The notes below the pieces were generated by a model, which was not told where the DNA came from, did not search any database, and worked only from the letters and a program-made list of their open reading frames with translations. The translations under genes were made by a program, and so were the position numbers. Of a DNA stretch of 64,000 bases, positions 39,141-54,154 are shown in pieces. This stretch comes from Octopus vulgaris (taxonomy: Eukaryota): the NCBI GenBank assembly GCA_951406725.2, contig OX597821.1, positions 42,780,001-42,844,000 on the forward strand. Direction: 5' to 3'. The first letter of the stretch is position 1. Each line of letters opens with the position of its first letter.

Positions 39141-39642
39141 AAGAATTATTCTTTGGATTATTTATCAATAGTTACAATGATTTGATGCAAATTTTTGGAT
39201 TTATTCACACACAACAAACAAAAAGAATGTGATATAAAGTAAATATAAATGTTTGCTTTTAAACGTATTTTCTACGACATTATAACAGATGAGTGACAAA
39301 CTACATGGAGTAATTTGTTAGCTATCAGGATATAGTATTCTTCAAAAACTCCTTCTTTCCTGAAATTTCCTAGGCCTACTCCTGACATGCCAATGCACCT
39401 TTTCCTCTTTATAGCCCTTTTACCATTCAATTTTCTTTTTGAGTTTTACCTTGTGTGTTATGCATGCACTTTTGATTATCATTGCTGTCTTTCTTTACTT
39501 GATTTATTGTAGCTTTTTGTTCCCTCTTTTATACTTTTCTGAAAAGTTGTAGTGTACCTGAACTCTATACACAATAAACTCCTCCTCCTCCTCATCGTCG
39601 TCATCGTTGTCGTCGACATCATCATCGTCATCATTATTATTA

Positions 39643-40080
39643 GGCACCGAGCTGGCAGAATCGTTAGCATGCCGGGTAAAACGCTTAGCAGTATTTCGTC
39701 AGTCTTTATGTTTTAAGTTCAAATTCCAGCAAGGTTGACTTTGTCTTTTGTCCTTTCTGGGTCGATGGAATAAGTACCAGTTATATACTGGGGTTATATA
39801 TTGACTAGCCCCCACCTCAAAATTTCAGGCCTTGTGACTTTAGTAGAAAGGATTATTATTATTAGGTGGCAAGCTGGCAGAATCGTTAGCACACTGGGCG
39901 AAATGCTTAGCAGTATTTCGTCCATCGCTACGTTCTGAATTCAAAATTCCACTGAGGCTGACTTTGCCTTTCATCCTTTTGGGGGTCAGTAAATTAAATA
40001 CCAGTGAAACATTAAGGTTGATGTAATTGAGTCATCCAGTCCCCACAAATGGCTGCCCTTGTGGAAAAATTTGAAACCAT
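39643..40080 (+). mobile_element. Two tandem SINE family 2-related copies separated by (ATT)n
   Basis: Heads gagctggcagaatcgttagca at ~39649 and ~39871, each followed by the central domain. Confidence 0.8.
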
Positions 40081-40258
40081 TATTATTCTTCTTCTTATTA
40101 TTATTTACTTCTCAGTGCACTTGATCTTACTTGTACTGCTTAATTCTGAGAGGTCCCATAGGGTCGCTTTCCGCAAATTATATGACTTGGTGCTTAGGTG
40201 TTAAGTATCATGGAAAATACTCAAAACCCAAGTATCCTGGCTTTCTCCAATAGAGCAG

Positions 40259-40264
<6 letters not shown>
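40259..40264 (-). promoter_or_regulatory. Candidate polyadenylation signal (AATAAA) of the sulfotransferase gene
   Basis: First minus-strand AATAAA I could find downstream of the stop codon (~390 nt), formed at the edge of an (AAT)n microsatellite. Confidence 0.35.
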
Positions 40265-40314
<50 letters not shown>

Positions 40315-40647
40315 CACTATTATTATTATAAAACTAAAAATTTTAGAAGTAAAACTAACAATTTTAAAATATGTTCTAGGTATATAGAAATAAAGTGATT
40401 TTCAGATACCAATGAAAACTATTAAACAATTAGCACGTGACATAAAGAAATTTAAGGGATTGTTTGTTCTTAAATGGTTCTTCCATGATATAAAATTAAA
40501 ACTAACACTTTGAGATAGTAGATATTAAAATATATTCTACTTGATAGGAACCAAATGATTATTAAATAGCAATGAAAATATTAAACATATTAACAAATGC
40601 AATATAAAGGTGTTTATGAGAAACTCATAACAATACTAAAGTGATAT

Positions 40648-40757
40648 TTAGTACTTTGTATTAAACAACGTAGACTGCTTGTCAAATTTGTCACATTCCA
40701 CTTGGAATCTCTCATTCTGAGAAACTGTGAACCAATTCTTCCAGTCACCAACAACAC
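40648..40757 (-). CDS. Sulfotransferase last coding exon (VVGDWKNWFTVSQNERF...NTKY*)
   Basis: Acceptor ctattttacag|GT. GDWKNWFTVxxNE motif. TAA stop at 40650-40648. Confidence 0.92.
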
Positions 40758-43700
40758 CTGTAAAATAGAAGAGACTTTAGCTGTAAGAATTTCATGTCTA
40801 TAATAAGTAGAAGCCTTCTTTTTCTTTTTCTTTTTCTTTTATTTTATATCTTCTGTAATATAAAGAAATTTTTTTTTTTTTTTACTTTTACTTGTTTTAG
40901 TCATTGGACTGTGGTCATGCTGGAGCACTGAAACAAGTAGAAGAGTAAAAGAACACAACACAGCTCCCATGACTTTCAGAAACATTTTTTCACGCTCAGA
41001 GTTGCTGAAGCATGGAATAAACTGCCTGCGTCAGTTGTTGACTGCCATGACACTGCATCCTTTCCGAAATCCGCCGAAACTACACCTGATTATATATACA
41101 CTTTAGATGAGTTGTAGTGCACCTGAGCACTGTACACAATTATTATTATTATTATTATTAACACACACACACACACATCCTCGGAGAGCATTGCTACTAG
41201 AATAAGAATAGCCTGGGCAAAGTTCAGAAAGCTCCTATCCCTACTGGTGACAAAGGGCCTCTAGTATGATCCACTGGATGTGTAATGTCAGTGTACACAC
41301 ACGACAGAGTGTAAGCACCCTGAGAGAAATGTTGAACATAAGAGAGACGACTGTGCTGGTATGGTTATGTTTTGCATATGGATGTGGAGAGCTGTTTGAA
41401 GGAGTGTCACTCCCTAACAGTGGAAGGAACCCATAGAAGAGGGAGACCCAGGAAGACATGGGATGAGGTGGTGAAATATGACCTTCAAATGTTGGGTCTC
41501 ACAGAGGCAATGACTAAAGACCGAGACCTCTGGAGATATGCTGAGACTGAGAATACCTGGCAAGTAATGTGAGATCACAGCCGTAGCCTACACCAGCTCA
41601 CTTAAAAAGTACCTTTGGACTGTCGGGCAACATGCCAAAATCAAGTAAATCAAAATCAAATCAAATCACAATCAAATGGAAATTATAGTTGTGGCTGATG
41701 CCAGTGTCACATGACTGGCTCCCAAGCTGGTAGCACACAATAAGCACCATTCATGCATCAGTTGTTGCCAGTGCCACCTGACTGATTCCCGTGCTGGTAC
41801 CACACAATAAGCACCATTCATGCATCGGTCGTTGGCAGTGCCACCTGACTGGCTCCTGTGCAGGTAGCACACAATAAGCACCATTCATGCATTGGTCGTT
41901 GCCAGTGCCACCTGACTGGCTCCCGTGCTGGTACCACACAATAAGCACCATTCATGCATTGGTTGTTGCCAGTACCACCTGACTGGCTCCCGTGCAGGTA
42001 GCACACAATAAGCACCATTCACGCATTGGTCGTTGCCAGTGCCACCTGTCTGGCTCTCTGTGCCGGTGGCATGTAAAAAGCACCATCCAAATGTGGTCGA
42101 TGTCAGCTCCCCTGCCCTGACTGGCTCCTGTGCCAGTGACATGTAAAAAGCACCATCCAAATGTGACCAATACTAGTGCTGCCTGTCTGGCTCCCGTATC
42201 AGTGGCATGTAAAAAGCACCCACTACACTCTCACAGTGGTTGGTGTTAGGAAGGGCATATACATATATATACATATATTAGATATATATATATATGTATA
42301 TATCATCATCATCATTTAGCGTCCGTTTTCCATGCTAGCATGTGTTGGACGGTTCAACTGGGGTCTGGGAAGCCAGAAGGCTGCATCAGGCCCAGTCTGA
42401 TCTGACAGTGTTTCTACAGCTGGATGCCCTTCCTAATGCCATCCACTCTGAGAGTGTAGTGGGTGCTTTTTACGTGCCACCCGCACAGGTGCCAGACAGG
42501 GCTGGCAAATGGCCACGGACGGACGGTGCTTTTTACGTGCCACCGGCACGGGGGCCAGGCGAGGCTGGCAATGGCCACGAACAGATGGTGCTTTTTACGT
42601 GCCACTGGCACGGAGGCCAGTCGGGGCGGTGCTGGCAACGGCCATGATCAGATGGTTCGCTTACTTGTCACCGGCACTGGTATCACAGCTGCAATTTCCA
42701 TTGATGTTGATCGACTTCGATTTTAGTTCTGCTCTCTGATATCTGATTTGATTTGATTTTGATTTTGATTTTGATTTTCACTTGCCTCAACAGGTCTTCA
42801 CAAGTGGAGTTTTGTGTCCCAAGAAGGAAAGGTATATATATATATATACATGTATTTTATGTATATAATATATATATTATATATATATATATGATACATT
42901 TATATATAATATATAATATAATGGTTCAGGGTTCAGTCCCACTATGTGGCACCTTGGGCAAGTGTCTTCTGCTATAGTCTCTAACCAACCAAAGCCTTGT
43001 GAGTGGATTTGGTAGATGGAAACTGAAAGAAGCTTCTCATATGCGTGTTTGTCCCCCCCCCCACTATCGCTTGACAACTGATGTTGGCATGTTTACATCC
43101 TTGTAACGTAGTGGTTCAGCAGAAGTGACTGATAGAATAAGTACCGGGCTTACAAAGAATAAGTCCTGGGGTCGATTTGTTCACCTAAAGGTGGTGCTCC
43201 AGAATAAAAGAAAACAAGGTATGTTTCTGCCAATGCTTACATCGGTATGCACGTTCTATAACCGTGTTTACAAGGGGATTTTTAGAAAAAAGAATAAAAA
43301 TTAGTTCAGAATTACAGAGAAGACATTGGCAGAAACACACCTTTAGTTCATATAAGTGATATCTATCATTATATATAATTTAAAGATCAATTTTCTTCTT
43401 ACATTTCACGTTCACAAGATATATCTTTTTCCAAGACCATAGGGTTTTATTTAATTCACATAAAAGTTATATACTTCTCATTTATTTAGTTTTTTTCTTT
43501 CCTTTACTTCTCCCCTTTCTATAGGCTACATTTGACGTTATATCCTCAAATGTGTTTTTAAAAAAACTTAATAGCATTCAGTTAATCACTATACATATCC
43601 ATCATATTCTGTTAAAATATCTTATTGACGAGTTTCCTTTCTTCATTTCCCTGAAGAGAAGATTACATTGTTTTACACCATTTTATTCCTTTGGAATATT

Positions 43701-43762
43701 ACCAGTGATATCTTCAAAACATATATCGGAAGTAAAAGAATTTGAATAACACCTGCATTTAA

Positions 43763-43816
<54 letters not shown>

Positions 43817-46800
43817 CATACACACACACACACACTTGCTCATTATTATCAATGAGCAATATCACGAAAATGAATGACGTAATCTGGTTGAAATGGTGAA
43901 GGAAAGAATAAATGAAAGAAAGCATATATGAAAGGAACTGTACCTTTACGATAAAGAGATTCTCCAGAAGTTCTAAGGATGTCACCTTCTTGCTTTGCTA
44001 CTCTCATTTTGGAAAATGAACATTTGTCAGCAATATCTTTAAAAAGTTGGTCGTTTTTAGGAAGACCTAAAAACTTGGACACTTTAGCCACATTGCCAAC
44101 TGGATCCTAAAGTAAATATAAAAAAGAGACACAAACTATTTCAACTGTGCAATATACAGAAAAATGCAAGAATAAATTTGATATAGATATTTAACCCTTT
44201 AGAATTTAAACAGGCCATATCTAGTCAAATCACATGCCTATTTTATGTTGAAACTGACCAGATGTAACCTCTTGCACCAACCCTATAATATCATTCAAAA
44301 AATTAACTGTTATCCCATCAAAATCTCCATGCTACAAGATAATTCAAAGATTAATACAAGATGATTCATGATTAATTTAAAACAGTATGAATAAATAAGC
44401 ATTATATTTGACAGAGTAATCTGAATGCTAAAGGGTTAACCAGTTAACCAGTTTAATATAGCAGTGAGATATGCCATTATAAAAGTGTTTATCTGTAAAA
44501 CTTTGTGTTTTTAGAAGACCTGTTTTGTATGGCTATCAACAAATCAGAAGAAGATTAAAAAGTGTGAAAAAACCTTCATGATATTGTCTGTTCCACAGCA
44601 TGATTTTGAAGAGTGTAATTGCATACAAATGTAGGAAGTAAGATTTATAGGTACTCCACCAATGCCAGACCTCAAGATGGAACCAGCAGAAAATTTATCA
44701 AAGGGTTCAGAGTTCACATGGAATGAATAGAAATGTTTTAATCAATTTTACATTGAATGTTTTTACCAGACATATCAAAGTGACTTAGGGAGAAAATGTG
44801 TAACAGCAGTACAGTTTGAACCATGTCCCACTGGCTGGTTTAGTAATTATCGAATCCCTTTTGTTGTTTGAATGGTTTGAAAATTGATACAAATATTGCA
44901 CAAGGTTGAGTGAAAAAAGGGGCAAAGATTTGCTATAGACATGAAATAATAATATTATTTGGTTTCCAAGATAGCTAGAAAGCCCCAAATTTAAGGAGAA
45001 AGTTTAGCTGATTACATTGATTCTAGTATAAGATTGGTACTTTATTTTATCAATCCTGGAAAGTCAAAATGCAAAATTGGTCTCAGTGAGACTGGATTCA
45101 ATGGAACCAAGTGGAGGTGTGTTCTGATGTTTCTAATAAAACTTTATTTGTCAATAAACTTTGCTGAGTTATCCTTATTTTTCATTTTATTTCTGAATTT
45201 TTCAAATTGTAAAAGTAATTTATGGACACCCTGTATGTTATATGTGAAACTGTGTGTTGAAATAGATATTGTTATACTTTGGGATGGTTATATTTTTGGC
45301 CTAATAAACACATGCACTATATACTTGTCCTTCACTTCAGCTTTATAATTGTTCTTATTTTAATGTCCTTTGTTTCAAATCTTTCATCACACATCCTATG
45401 ATCTCTTCAGTGACACTCCATCTCATGCGTCTCCTCCTGTTCTGTTTAGTCCATTTTGTCTTTTTGTGGTGTATATCCTTATCTATACATGCATTTGCAT
45501 TTGTGTGTGAGTGTTTTGTGTGTGTGTATATGAGTTTGCTTACTGTACTGTTTGTACCCATGTCTTTTATTTAGTGAAGGACAGATATAAAGTGCGTGTG
45601 TTCATTTGGCGAAAATAAAAATGACCATCCTGAAATATAAATATATGCATGTATGTATATATATATATATATATATATATAAATGGCAATTTCTTTTTAT
45701 CTGTCTGTCAGTCAGTCTGTTACTAACTTGCTGCCTTGCTGCCCAAACCAGGGAATCAATCTTGACCAAACTTTGTATACGTATTGAACTAACATTCAGT
45801 TCAATTATAGGCTAATTGGATTTCAATAAAAATCTATAATGGACCAACTACAGGGGTTGGGCTATTACATGATAGGGGTGCAAAAGTGTTAGGTTCAGGG
45901 AAATGAGGCATAATGAGGGTGCCTGACATCAGGGAAAGGGAGGAGACACACAGGGAATGTGAGAGAGACAGACAGAGAGAATGACAGGGACGTCTTCCAT
46001 ATACAGAGTTCTTCAAAAAGAAAGAGCAGATTTTAAATTTATTTTTAAAACAAACATAGGCACAGGAGTGGCTGTGTGGTAAGTAGCTTGCTAACCAGCC
46101 ACATGGTCCCGGGTTCAGTCCCACTGCGTAGCACCTTGGGCAAGTGTCTTCTGCTATAGCCCCGGGCTGACCAAAGCCTTGTGAGTGGATTTGGTAGACG
46201 GAAACTGAAAGAAGCCTGTCGTATATATGTATATATATGTATGTGTGTGTATATGTTTGTGTGTCTGTGTTTGTCTCTCTAGCATTGCTTGACAACCGAT
46301 GCTGGTGTATTTACGTCCCCGTCACTTAGCGGTTCGGCAAAAGAGACCGATAGAATAAGTACTGGGCTTACAAAGAATAAATCCCGGAGTTGATTTGCTC
46401 GACTAAAGGCAGTGCTCCAGCATGGCCACAGTCAAATGACTGAAACAAGTAAAAGAGTAAAAGAGTAAAGAGAGAGTAAGAGACACAAACATATTCTATA
46501 TATTTCTTGACAGGGGAAGGCTTAAAGTTTATTTTAAGGTAGTATGCATTCAACATGAGCACCACGTGTTGCTCGACAAACATCGAAACCTTTTTCTGTG
46601 AAATTTTTATGTCATTTGTAAATTTGCTTGTGATGAGGTGGATTTTTATTGAATGGGTAGAGAAATTCAATTTGCATATCTCAAACTGCAGAACACAAAG
46701 AGACTTTTCTTGTGGTGTCATCATTTTCTAAGGGATTACACAAATGAAAATTATACATCTTTAAATGAAATGAACAAAATGAAACGTTAATACAAAATAA

Positions 46801-49544
46801 GAATATTATTCAATTGATCATGTTCAGCTATAAACTTTAAACCTTCCCCTACCAAGAAATATGTAGAACGTGTTTGTGTCTCTTACCGTTTGTTTTAAAA
46901 ATAAATTTGAAATCTGCTCTTTCTTTTTGAATAACCCTGTATATAAAAGAGTGTTTGTATGTGTGTGTGTACACATCTTCCTTATGCATTCAAAAACTGA
47001 GTTGCTGATTTTAACTTATGGGTATCAAAAGATTCAGTAATTTTACAACTACCAAATAAACTTTATTTTCAATACAAAAATTTTACATTATAATCTTTTC
47101 TACAAGTCAACTGTTGTAAACATCTTATACCATGATGACAACAATGACGACGTCACATTTTCTATATGAGTGGTGTGTACATTTAAAGACATCCATTTCT
47201 GTACATGTTGTGAGGAAATGCATTCATTCACTCTCTCTCTCACACATGCACACATATATACAAAAAATATGTATGCATATGTATTTATGTATGTGTATAT
47301 GAAAGATGTGTGTGTGTGTGTGAGAGAGAGACAGAGAGAGAGCCCGAGTGAGTGCCACTTACATATACATGATAACACACACCTTCACTGATTCACTCTC
47401 TCTCTCTCACACACACCTTCTCCTCTCATTCACTTTTGGCTCTCACTTCAAAGCAAATGTCATGGTTTCACTTTCTCCTCTCTTTCAATTTCTGCTCTCT
47501 TCAAAGCATAAAGAAACGAAAATTATTTTATGGAAATTAATGAATACATTCAAAAACTGAGTTGCCAATTTTGACGTATGGGGTATCAAAAGATTCAATA
47601 ATCTCTCAGCTAACAAATAAACTTTATTTTACATATTTGCATTACAAAAATTTAACATTATAATCTTTCTAAAATTCAATTATCCTAAACAACATTTTAT
47701 TCCACAATGATGTCACATTTTCTATATCAGTGTGTACCTTAAAAGACATCCATTTCTCTATATGTTATGAGGAAATACAGTCACATGCTCACATACATAC
47801 AAAAAAGATGTATGCATATGTATTTATGTACATGTATATGAAAGATTTGTGTGTGTGTGTGTGAGAGAGAGAGAGAAAGAGAGATCAAGTGAGTGCCACT
47901 TACACATACATGCAAAAAATACATACATGACCACACACACCTTCACTCACTCACACACATCCGTTTCATATACACGTACATACATCTTTCACTTTCTGCT
48001 CTCACTTCAAAGCAAATGTTGCCTTTTCACTTTCTCCTCTCTTACAATTTCTGCTCTCTTCAAAGCATAAAGAAATGAACAATTTTTTACAGAAATTAAT
48101 AAACAATCATATGATCCTATATGATCAACCATATGATTGAGTTGACAACTTTCCTGCTTCAAACAAAAGAATGCCATAAAATAATTTCTTATTTCTTTAT
48201 TGCCCACAAGGGGCTAAACATAGGGGGGGACAAACAAGGACAGACAAAGGGATTAAGTCGATTACATCGACCCTGAAAGGACAAAAGGCAAAGTCAGCCT
48301 CAGTGGAATTTGAATTCAGAACGTAGCGGCAGATGAAATACTGTTAGGCATTTTGCCCAGCATGCTAACGTTTCTGCCAGCTCACCGCCTTCAATACAAT
48401 TCTGCTATTTCAATACAATTCTATGCCATAAAATAATTTCTTTTGGCACACACACACACACACACACACACCCTAGGTAAAACTGCTGTATGAATTATGT
48501 TTTTTCTTGCTATGTGCATGCACAAAATAACAGCTCAAATCCAATTGAAATAATCCTTTTCTATTCTGTAATTTGTGTCCATGATGAGTGTATTTAAAAC
48601 CTGATGTTTGATATAAATTTAAAAGGAAGTTCTCCCAGAAATCCTGTCCTTTGCCAGTTGTTTCTAGCATGTCCAAAGTGACATTTGCTCTCCCCATTTG
48701 CTAATTTTTTCCCTAGATTTCTGATTCCTATGTTTTCAATACAGGAGATTAGGATTTCGCTGTAAAAACATGTTCATAATATTAAAATTTTCTCCCTCCC
48801 CATCCCAATTTCTTCATTTTTTTACTTTTTTTCAAATTTTTTCTTGGTAATCCATAGAGAAAAAACAGAGAGTATGAATCTTGAAGAATTATCTTCTTTC
48901 ATTTTTCTTAAAGAAACACTAAAATCTCCTTCCCAAACATCCACCCATCACCTCACCACTTTCAAAAAGCTACAAACTCCCAATGTTTCACTTTTAGCTT
49001 ATTGGAAAGTGGGGAAGTTTCTTCGGACATAATGTCATTTACCTGTTGTTTCTAGCATGTTGGGTTTTCTTGTGGTGTTCTAATATTTTTTACGCCTGCT
49101 ATTTCAATACAATTCTACGCATAATTGAAGCATTAGATGAAAATGAAACATTGAATGTTTTTAGCTTTTTGAAAGTGGGTAGGTGATTGGTGTGCAAGGT
49201 GGGGGAAGGATCATCAAGTGTTTCTTTAAGAAAATCTGTGGTGAGTTCAGGGTGAAATGAAAACTTTGAAAACGTGATTTCTGGGCAAAATCGTATTAAC
49301 CCTCTTTTATACGATGAAACAATACATAGTTTGTGATCCTTCTTAAGAACAGAAAGCACTTTAATGCAAACCCATGCAAATTGTATCTTCCCCTGGTTCA
49401 CTTTTAAACAAACAATAACTTCCATTATGCCAGTAATCCAGTTCACTATATATCAGCTGTGCTGATTCTGCCCATAAGAAAGGAACAAATAATACAATAT
49501 GGCTGTATGTCATAACACCTGGGCAATGCCAGGATGCATTGCTA

Positions 49545-49594
<50 letters not shown>

Positions 49595-52500
49595 CAGACT
49601 ATTTTCAGTTTCTATCTACCAGGTCCACTCACAAAGGCTTCGGTTGATCTAGGGATATATAGTAGAATACATTTATTCAAGGTGCCACACAGTGGGTTTG
49701 AACACAGAACCATGTGGATGCCATTGTCTGTACCAACAACACCATACTAGATATGGGAGAAGTATTTCATTGAGGATCTGAGCTCAGTAAAGAATTATTC
49801 AATGCTGGAGGCAGAATTATTTTCTGGCATTGAAGAAGTGGAAGGTTAGTCTTTGTTATAATGATTAAAGAGAATAAAACTAAGTTTATCTTTTAACCTT
49901 TTAGCATTCAGATTACTCTGTTACTCTCTCAAATGTAACGCTTATTTATTCATATTGTTTCAAATTAATCATGCATTATCTTGTGACTTTTAGACTTCAA
50001 TGATGTGAGGGTTTACTTTTAGAATAGAAATGAAAGACCAGACCTGGCTGCTTTGAACGTAAAACAGGTAGAATATTTGGGCCAGATTAAATGCAAAGGT
50101 TACTGAAACAGAAGAATGAGTCAAGATATTTCACCTTTTTAAGATCTTCATATTTGACTATCAATATGGGTAGATCGGGATGGTCTTTGATATCTTTCTC
50201 CCACTGTAGCATATATTGAAACCAGTTGCCATAATTCACTGGAAAATACAACATGGATTTTCAGTGAGAGTGACTGTATGTGTCGTTATTCATATACACA
50301 TGAGGATATACATGTATGTGTATATATTAGATTGTGTAGATATTAAGATGCATGTATATGTGTATGTATGTATATATTTTAAAAGAAAATAACACAAAAT
50401 GTGAGGTGGCATCAAAAAGTTCCTGGACTAGTTCTGTAGCATGCCAACAGATGGCAGCACACAGTTGCGTGCACAGTGAAAGCTATCAGTGACCTTCATG
50501 AGGCAGTGTACTGAGTGACATTGCTGTGTTTACTTCATAAGTTGTGAAATTTGTGGCTTTGTGATCATGTGTATGTTGTAGTCTGTGATTTTTGTCTTGG
50601 ACAGGAATAAAGGGCCAATATATAAGTTTGTGTTAAACTTGGGAAGTTTGCTACAGACATTGAACATGCTTCAGCAAGCTTATATTGACAAGGCAATGGG
50701 TTTTACATAATGTTTAGAGTTGTATGGGACTTCGAAAATAGAAGAACATCCTTGGAAGATGATGAGCAATCTGGAAGACCTGCCATGAGCATCACCATCG
50801 AAAATGTGGAGAAAATTCCTCAGCTTGTGCATGAGGATTGTTGGAGGACAATTAATGACATTGCTGATGTTGTTGGTCGTCTGTTGTATGAGTCCATGCA
50901 GGCAATCCTAATGTCTGGATTCTTCACGACAACAATGCACTCTGTCACTAAGCTCCTCCTATCACTTCCACACTCACTCTATTCATCAGATTTAGTATCT
51001 ATGGACTTTTATCTTTTCTCCCAAGATAAAAATGCAGCTCAAAGGTCACTGCTTTAACACTGTTGTCGAGATCAAGAGCAAACTGTAGAAGATCCTCGAC
51101 ACACTTACGGAAAACAACTTCCAGGCCGGATTCCAGAAGTGGCAGAAACACTGGGACCAGTGTATTGCAGCACAAGATGACTATTTCAAAGGAGATGATG
51201 TTAAAACTTAGGTAAATAAGTAATTTTTTATTAAACACAACTAGTCTGGGAACTCTTTGATACCACCTCATGCAGTAAGTAAAAAATATATTATTAGTAC
51301 CAGTCTAAGTTCTGGGATTGACAGTAACAACAAACCCCACCACTAAAAATAACAGGGTTTGTACTTAAATCTTCCTCCTCCTTCTCTCACCGCCACCGCC
51401 GCCACCACCACCACCACCATTGGTGATGAGCTGGCAGATTCATTAGAACATAAAATAATGCTTTGCAGTGTTTCTTCTAGTTTTTTACATTCTGAGTCCA
51501 AATCCCTTGAGGTCAACTTTACTTTTCATCCTTCCAAGGTCTATAAAATAAAGTACCAGTCAAGTACTAGGGTTGATGGTATTGACTAACCTCCTCTCCT
51601 TGAAACTGCTGGCCTTGCACCTATATCAGAAACCATTTAAGGCAGTGAGCTGGTAAGAATCATTAGTGCACTGGAATATATGCTTTGTGGTATTTGTTCT
51701 GATCCTACATTCTGAGTTCAAATCCAGTTAAGATGAACTTTTCTTTCATCCCTCTGGGACTGATAAAATGAAGTACCAGTCAAGGTTTAGTGTTGATGGT
51801 ATTGACTATTTTCTGCACTTCAAAATTACTGTTCTTGTTCCTAAATTAGAAATCATTATTATTAAACTCTTCATGCATGGAAGTGCCATCAACTGGGCCT
51901 ATCTGAGTTGTATGCAGAGTAACAAAACCGATTTGCATTTAATCCATTGTCTGAGCATTATTCACTTGTGGAGTCATGATGGACATCTACTGTCACATGT
52001 AGGATGGATCTAGCTTTCAGCTGAGTCCATTGTGAGGATCATCTTGTCTTCTTTTGGCAGAGAAGGAAAGGCAGTGTTTATCTGTCTTGTGGCTTTGACA
52101 AAAGAGGTTGTGTGATGGATCAGATTGAAAGGGCTGAAGACAGACACCTTCTTCTTTGGCCAAACCATCAACTTTTTCAAGTTTCTCTTGAAAAGGTAAG
52201 TGAGAATAGAGAGAGTGGCACTAATTTCCAGCAAATTTGTTGAAAAGTGGATGATAGTGACAAGTATGGTCTGAATGAATGGACCTGCTCCAAGCATGTG
52301 CCTTTAGACTGAAGCATGACAATTGTGGGAGATGGATTATTTGCCGTGAATGTAACAATAAATTAGGTTTCCTGTCCCATTCTGTAATTTAAAGATATTA
52401 ACTAATTAAGGAAATTATCCAGTTCATCATTAATGAAGAACAAATAGATGAACAGGAATTGATGTGATGATGATGGTGGTGAAGAGGAGGAGGATGAATA

Positions 52501-53570
52501 TTAACAAAATACAGCTTATCTTAGGAACCACAAAAATGACCAGGAAGATTATGCTTACATTTGCCTTCTAAAAACATTTCAAAGAATCCTTTCCAGTCTC
52601 CATCATAGTGGTAGAATGAGTTCAGCTGGAATGTATGGTGGTAGGCAGAAACAGCAATATCACGAGGGTTGCGTGTCATGAAAATCATTTTAGATTTTTT
52701 GGTAAATATCTCTCTTGGTAAATGATGCAAGAGCAGGTGATTGTTTAGAACTCTGGGTGATGGAAGCTGGTCTATTTGGTCTTGGCTTGCATATTCCATC
52801 ATTGCAATATCCTTTGAAAGTGAGCTGTATTCAGCAGAACCATTAAGTAACATTCCGCTGATTTCCCACATCCAGTGACAACCTATGTTTGAAAAATTGA
52901 AAGCTCAAAAGTAGAATGAAAATACTAAATCATGCCACAGTTGTATATTACTATAATAGCTACAAGAGCCATGTGTAATTGTAAGAGGAAACAACACATA
53001 CAGAAACTGCCAGTGTATATCTCTCTATATATAAACGGCAGTTTGTCTGTGTGTGTTTCTGTGTGTCTGTTAGGTTGTACCCTTACCCTGACCATGGCTT
53101 TCAACCGATTCTGATGAAACTTGACACACACATAGCCCAATGTCATAATTCAAAACTAACGCAGCGAAAATTTTGAAAAGTTCCCCCAGTTTTGAAAAAA
53201 ATCGATAAATTCGACATGGGGTCGAGAATCAGAAACACAAACCACAGACTGTCTAGGGGACGCAACTCGACCTTTTTAACTAAAAAAAAAATTTACCATA
53301 ATTTTTTTTCCATTTTTTGGCTATAACTCTCTAAAAATGCTTTATAGTTATTTCCCTTACAAACCCGAGCAACGCCGGGCGATACTGCTAGTAATATATA
53401 AAGTTAATCCAAACATGAAAACACAAAGAGAAAGCACAACAATGCGAGGACGTGGAACAAGTATAGTATTATTGGACGCTCAGGAAGGAAGGGAAGGAGG
53501 GTTTTACGTTTTGAGCAGAGCTCTTCATCAGAAACATAGGAAAAGGGAAGACGGATGAAAAAATCGCCAA

Positions 53571-53601
<31 letters not shown>

Positions 53602-54108
53602 GTTTCTGTCTGTATATAAATATGTGTGTTTCTGTATCTGTATGTGTGTAAATATGTGTGTGTGTGTGTGTGTTTGTGTGTATAAGGAACAAGTTAAAAA
53701 TAATGGCCATTATATATGTTTCCTTTACTGGAGCAAATTTGGCTTACGGCTGTTTCCAGTGGTCATTATAGGTACATTACAGATAGGTTTACTCAATTGG
53801 TCTTTTAATCAATTGAGGAAAATTGAAAGACTGAAGAAAATTAATGCTACTTTCATTAGAGCCATTTCTGGTTATAACAGAAATGACCATTATTTTTAAT
53901 TTGTTTCTTATATATCACTCTGTGTAAAAACCAATTTGTCTAGAGTCCATCCACAGATTTACAATATAGAATTGTGATGAACCATAACCTTGGACCCTGC
54001 CACAAGATTACCTGGAGTTCTTCACTAATTTAAATAATATTGTTAGCCAGGTGTGCCAACAGAAAGCTTATGAAGTATTTTGCCCAAATTCATAACCCTT
54101 CACTATTA

Positions 54109-54154
<46 letters not shown>

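Noticed and set aside
38815-39232. Asn/Asp-rich ORF suggestive of a biomineralisation or prion-like protein
   Set aside because: Trinucleotide minisatellite open in several frames, with no splice or domain support.
51990-52360. Possible old LINE RT C-terminal fragment in SULT intron 2
   Set aside because: Only a vague resemblance; no diagnostic motif could be read with confidence.
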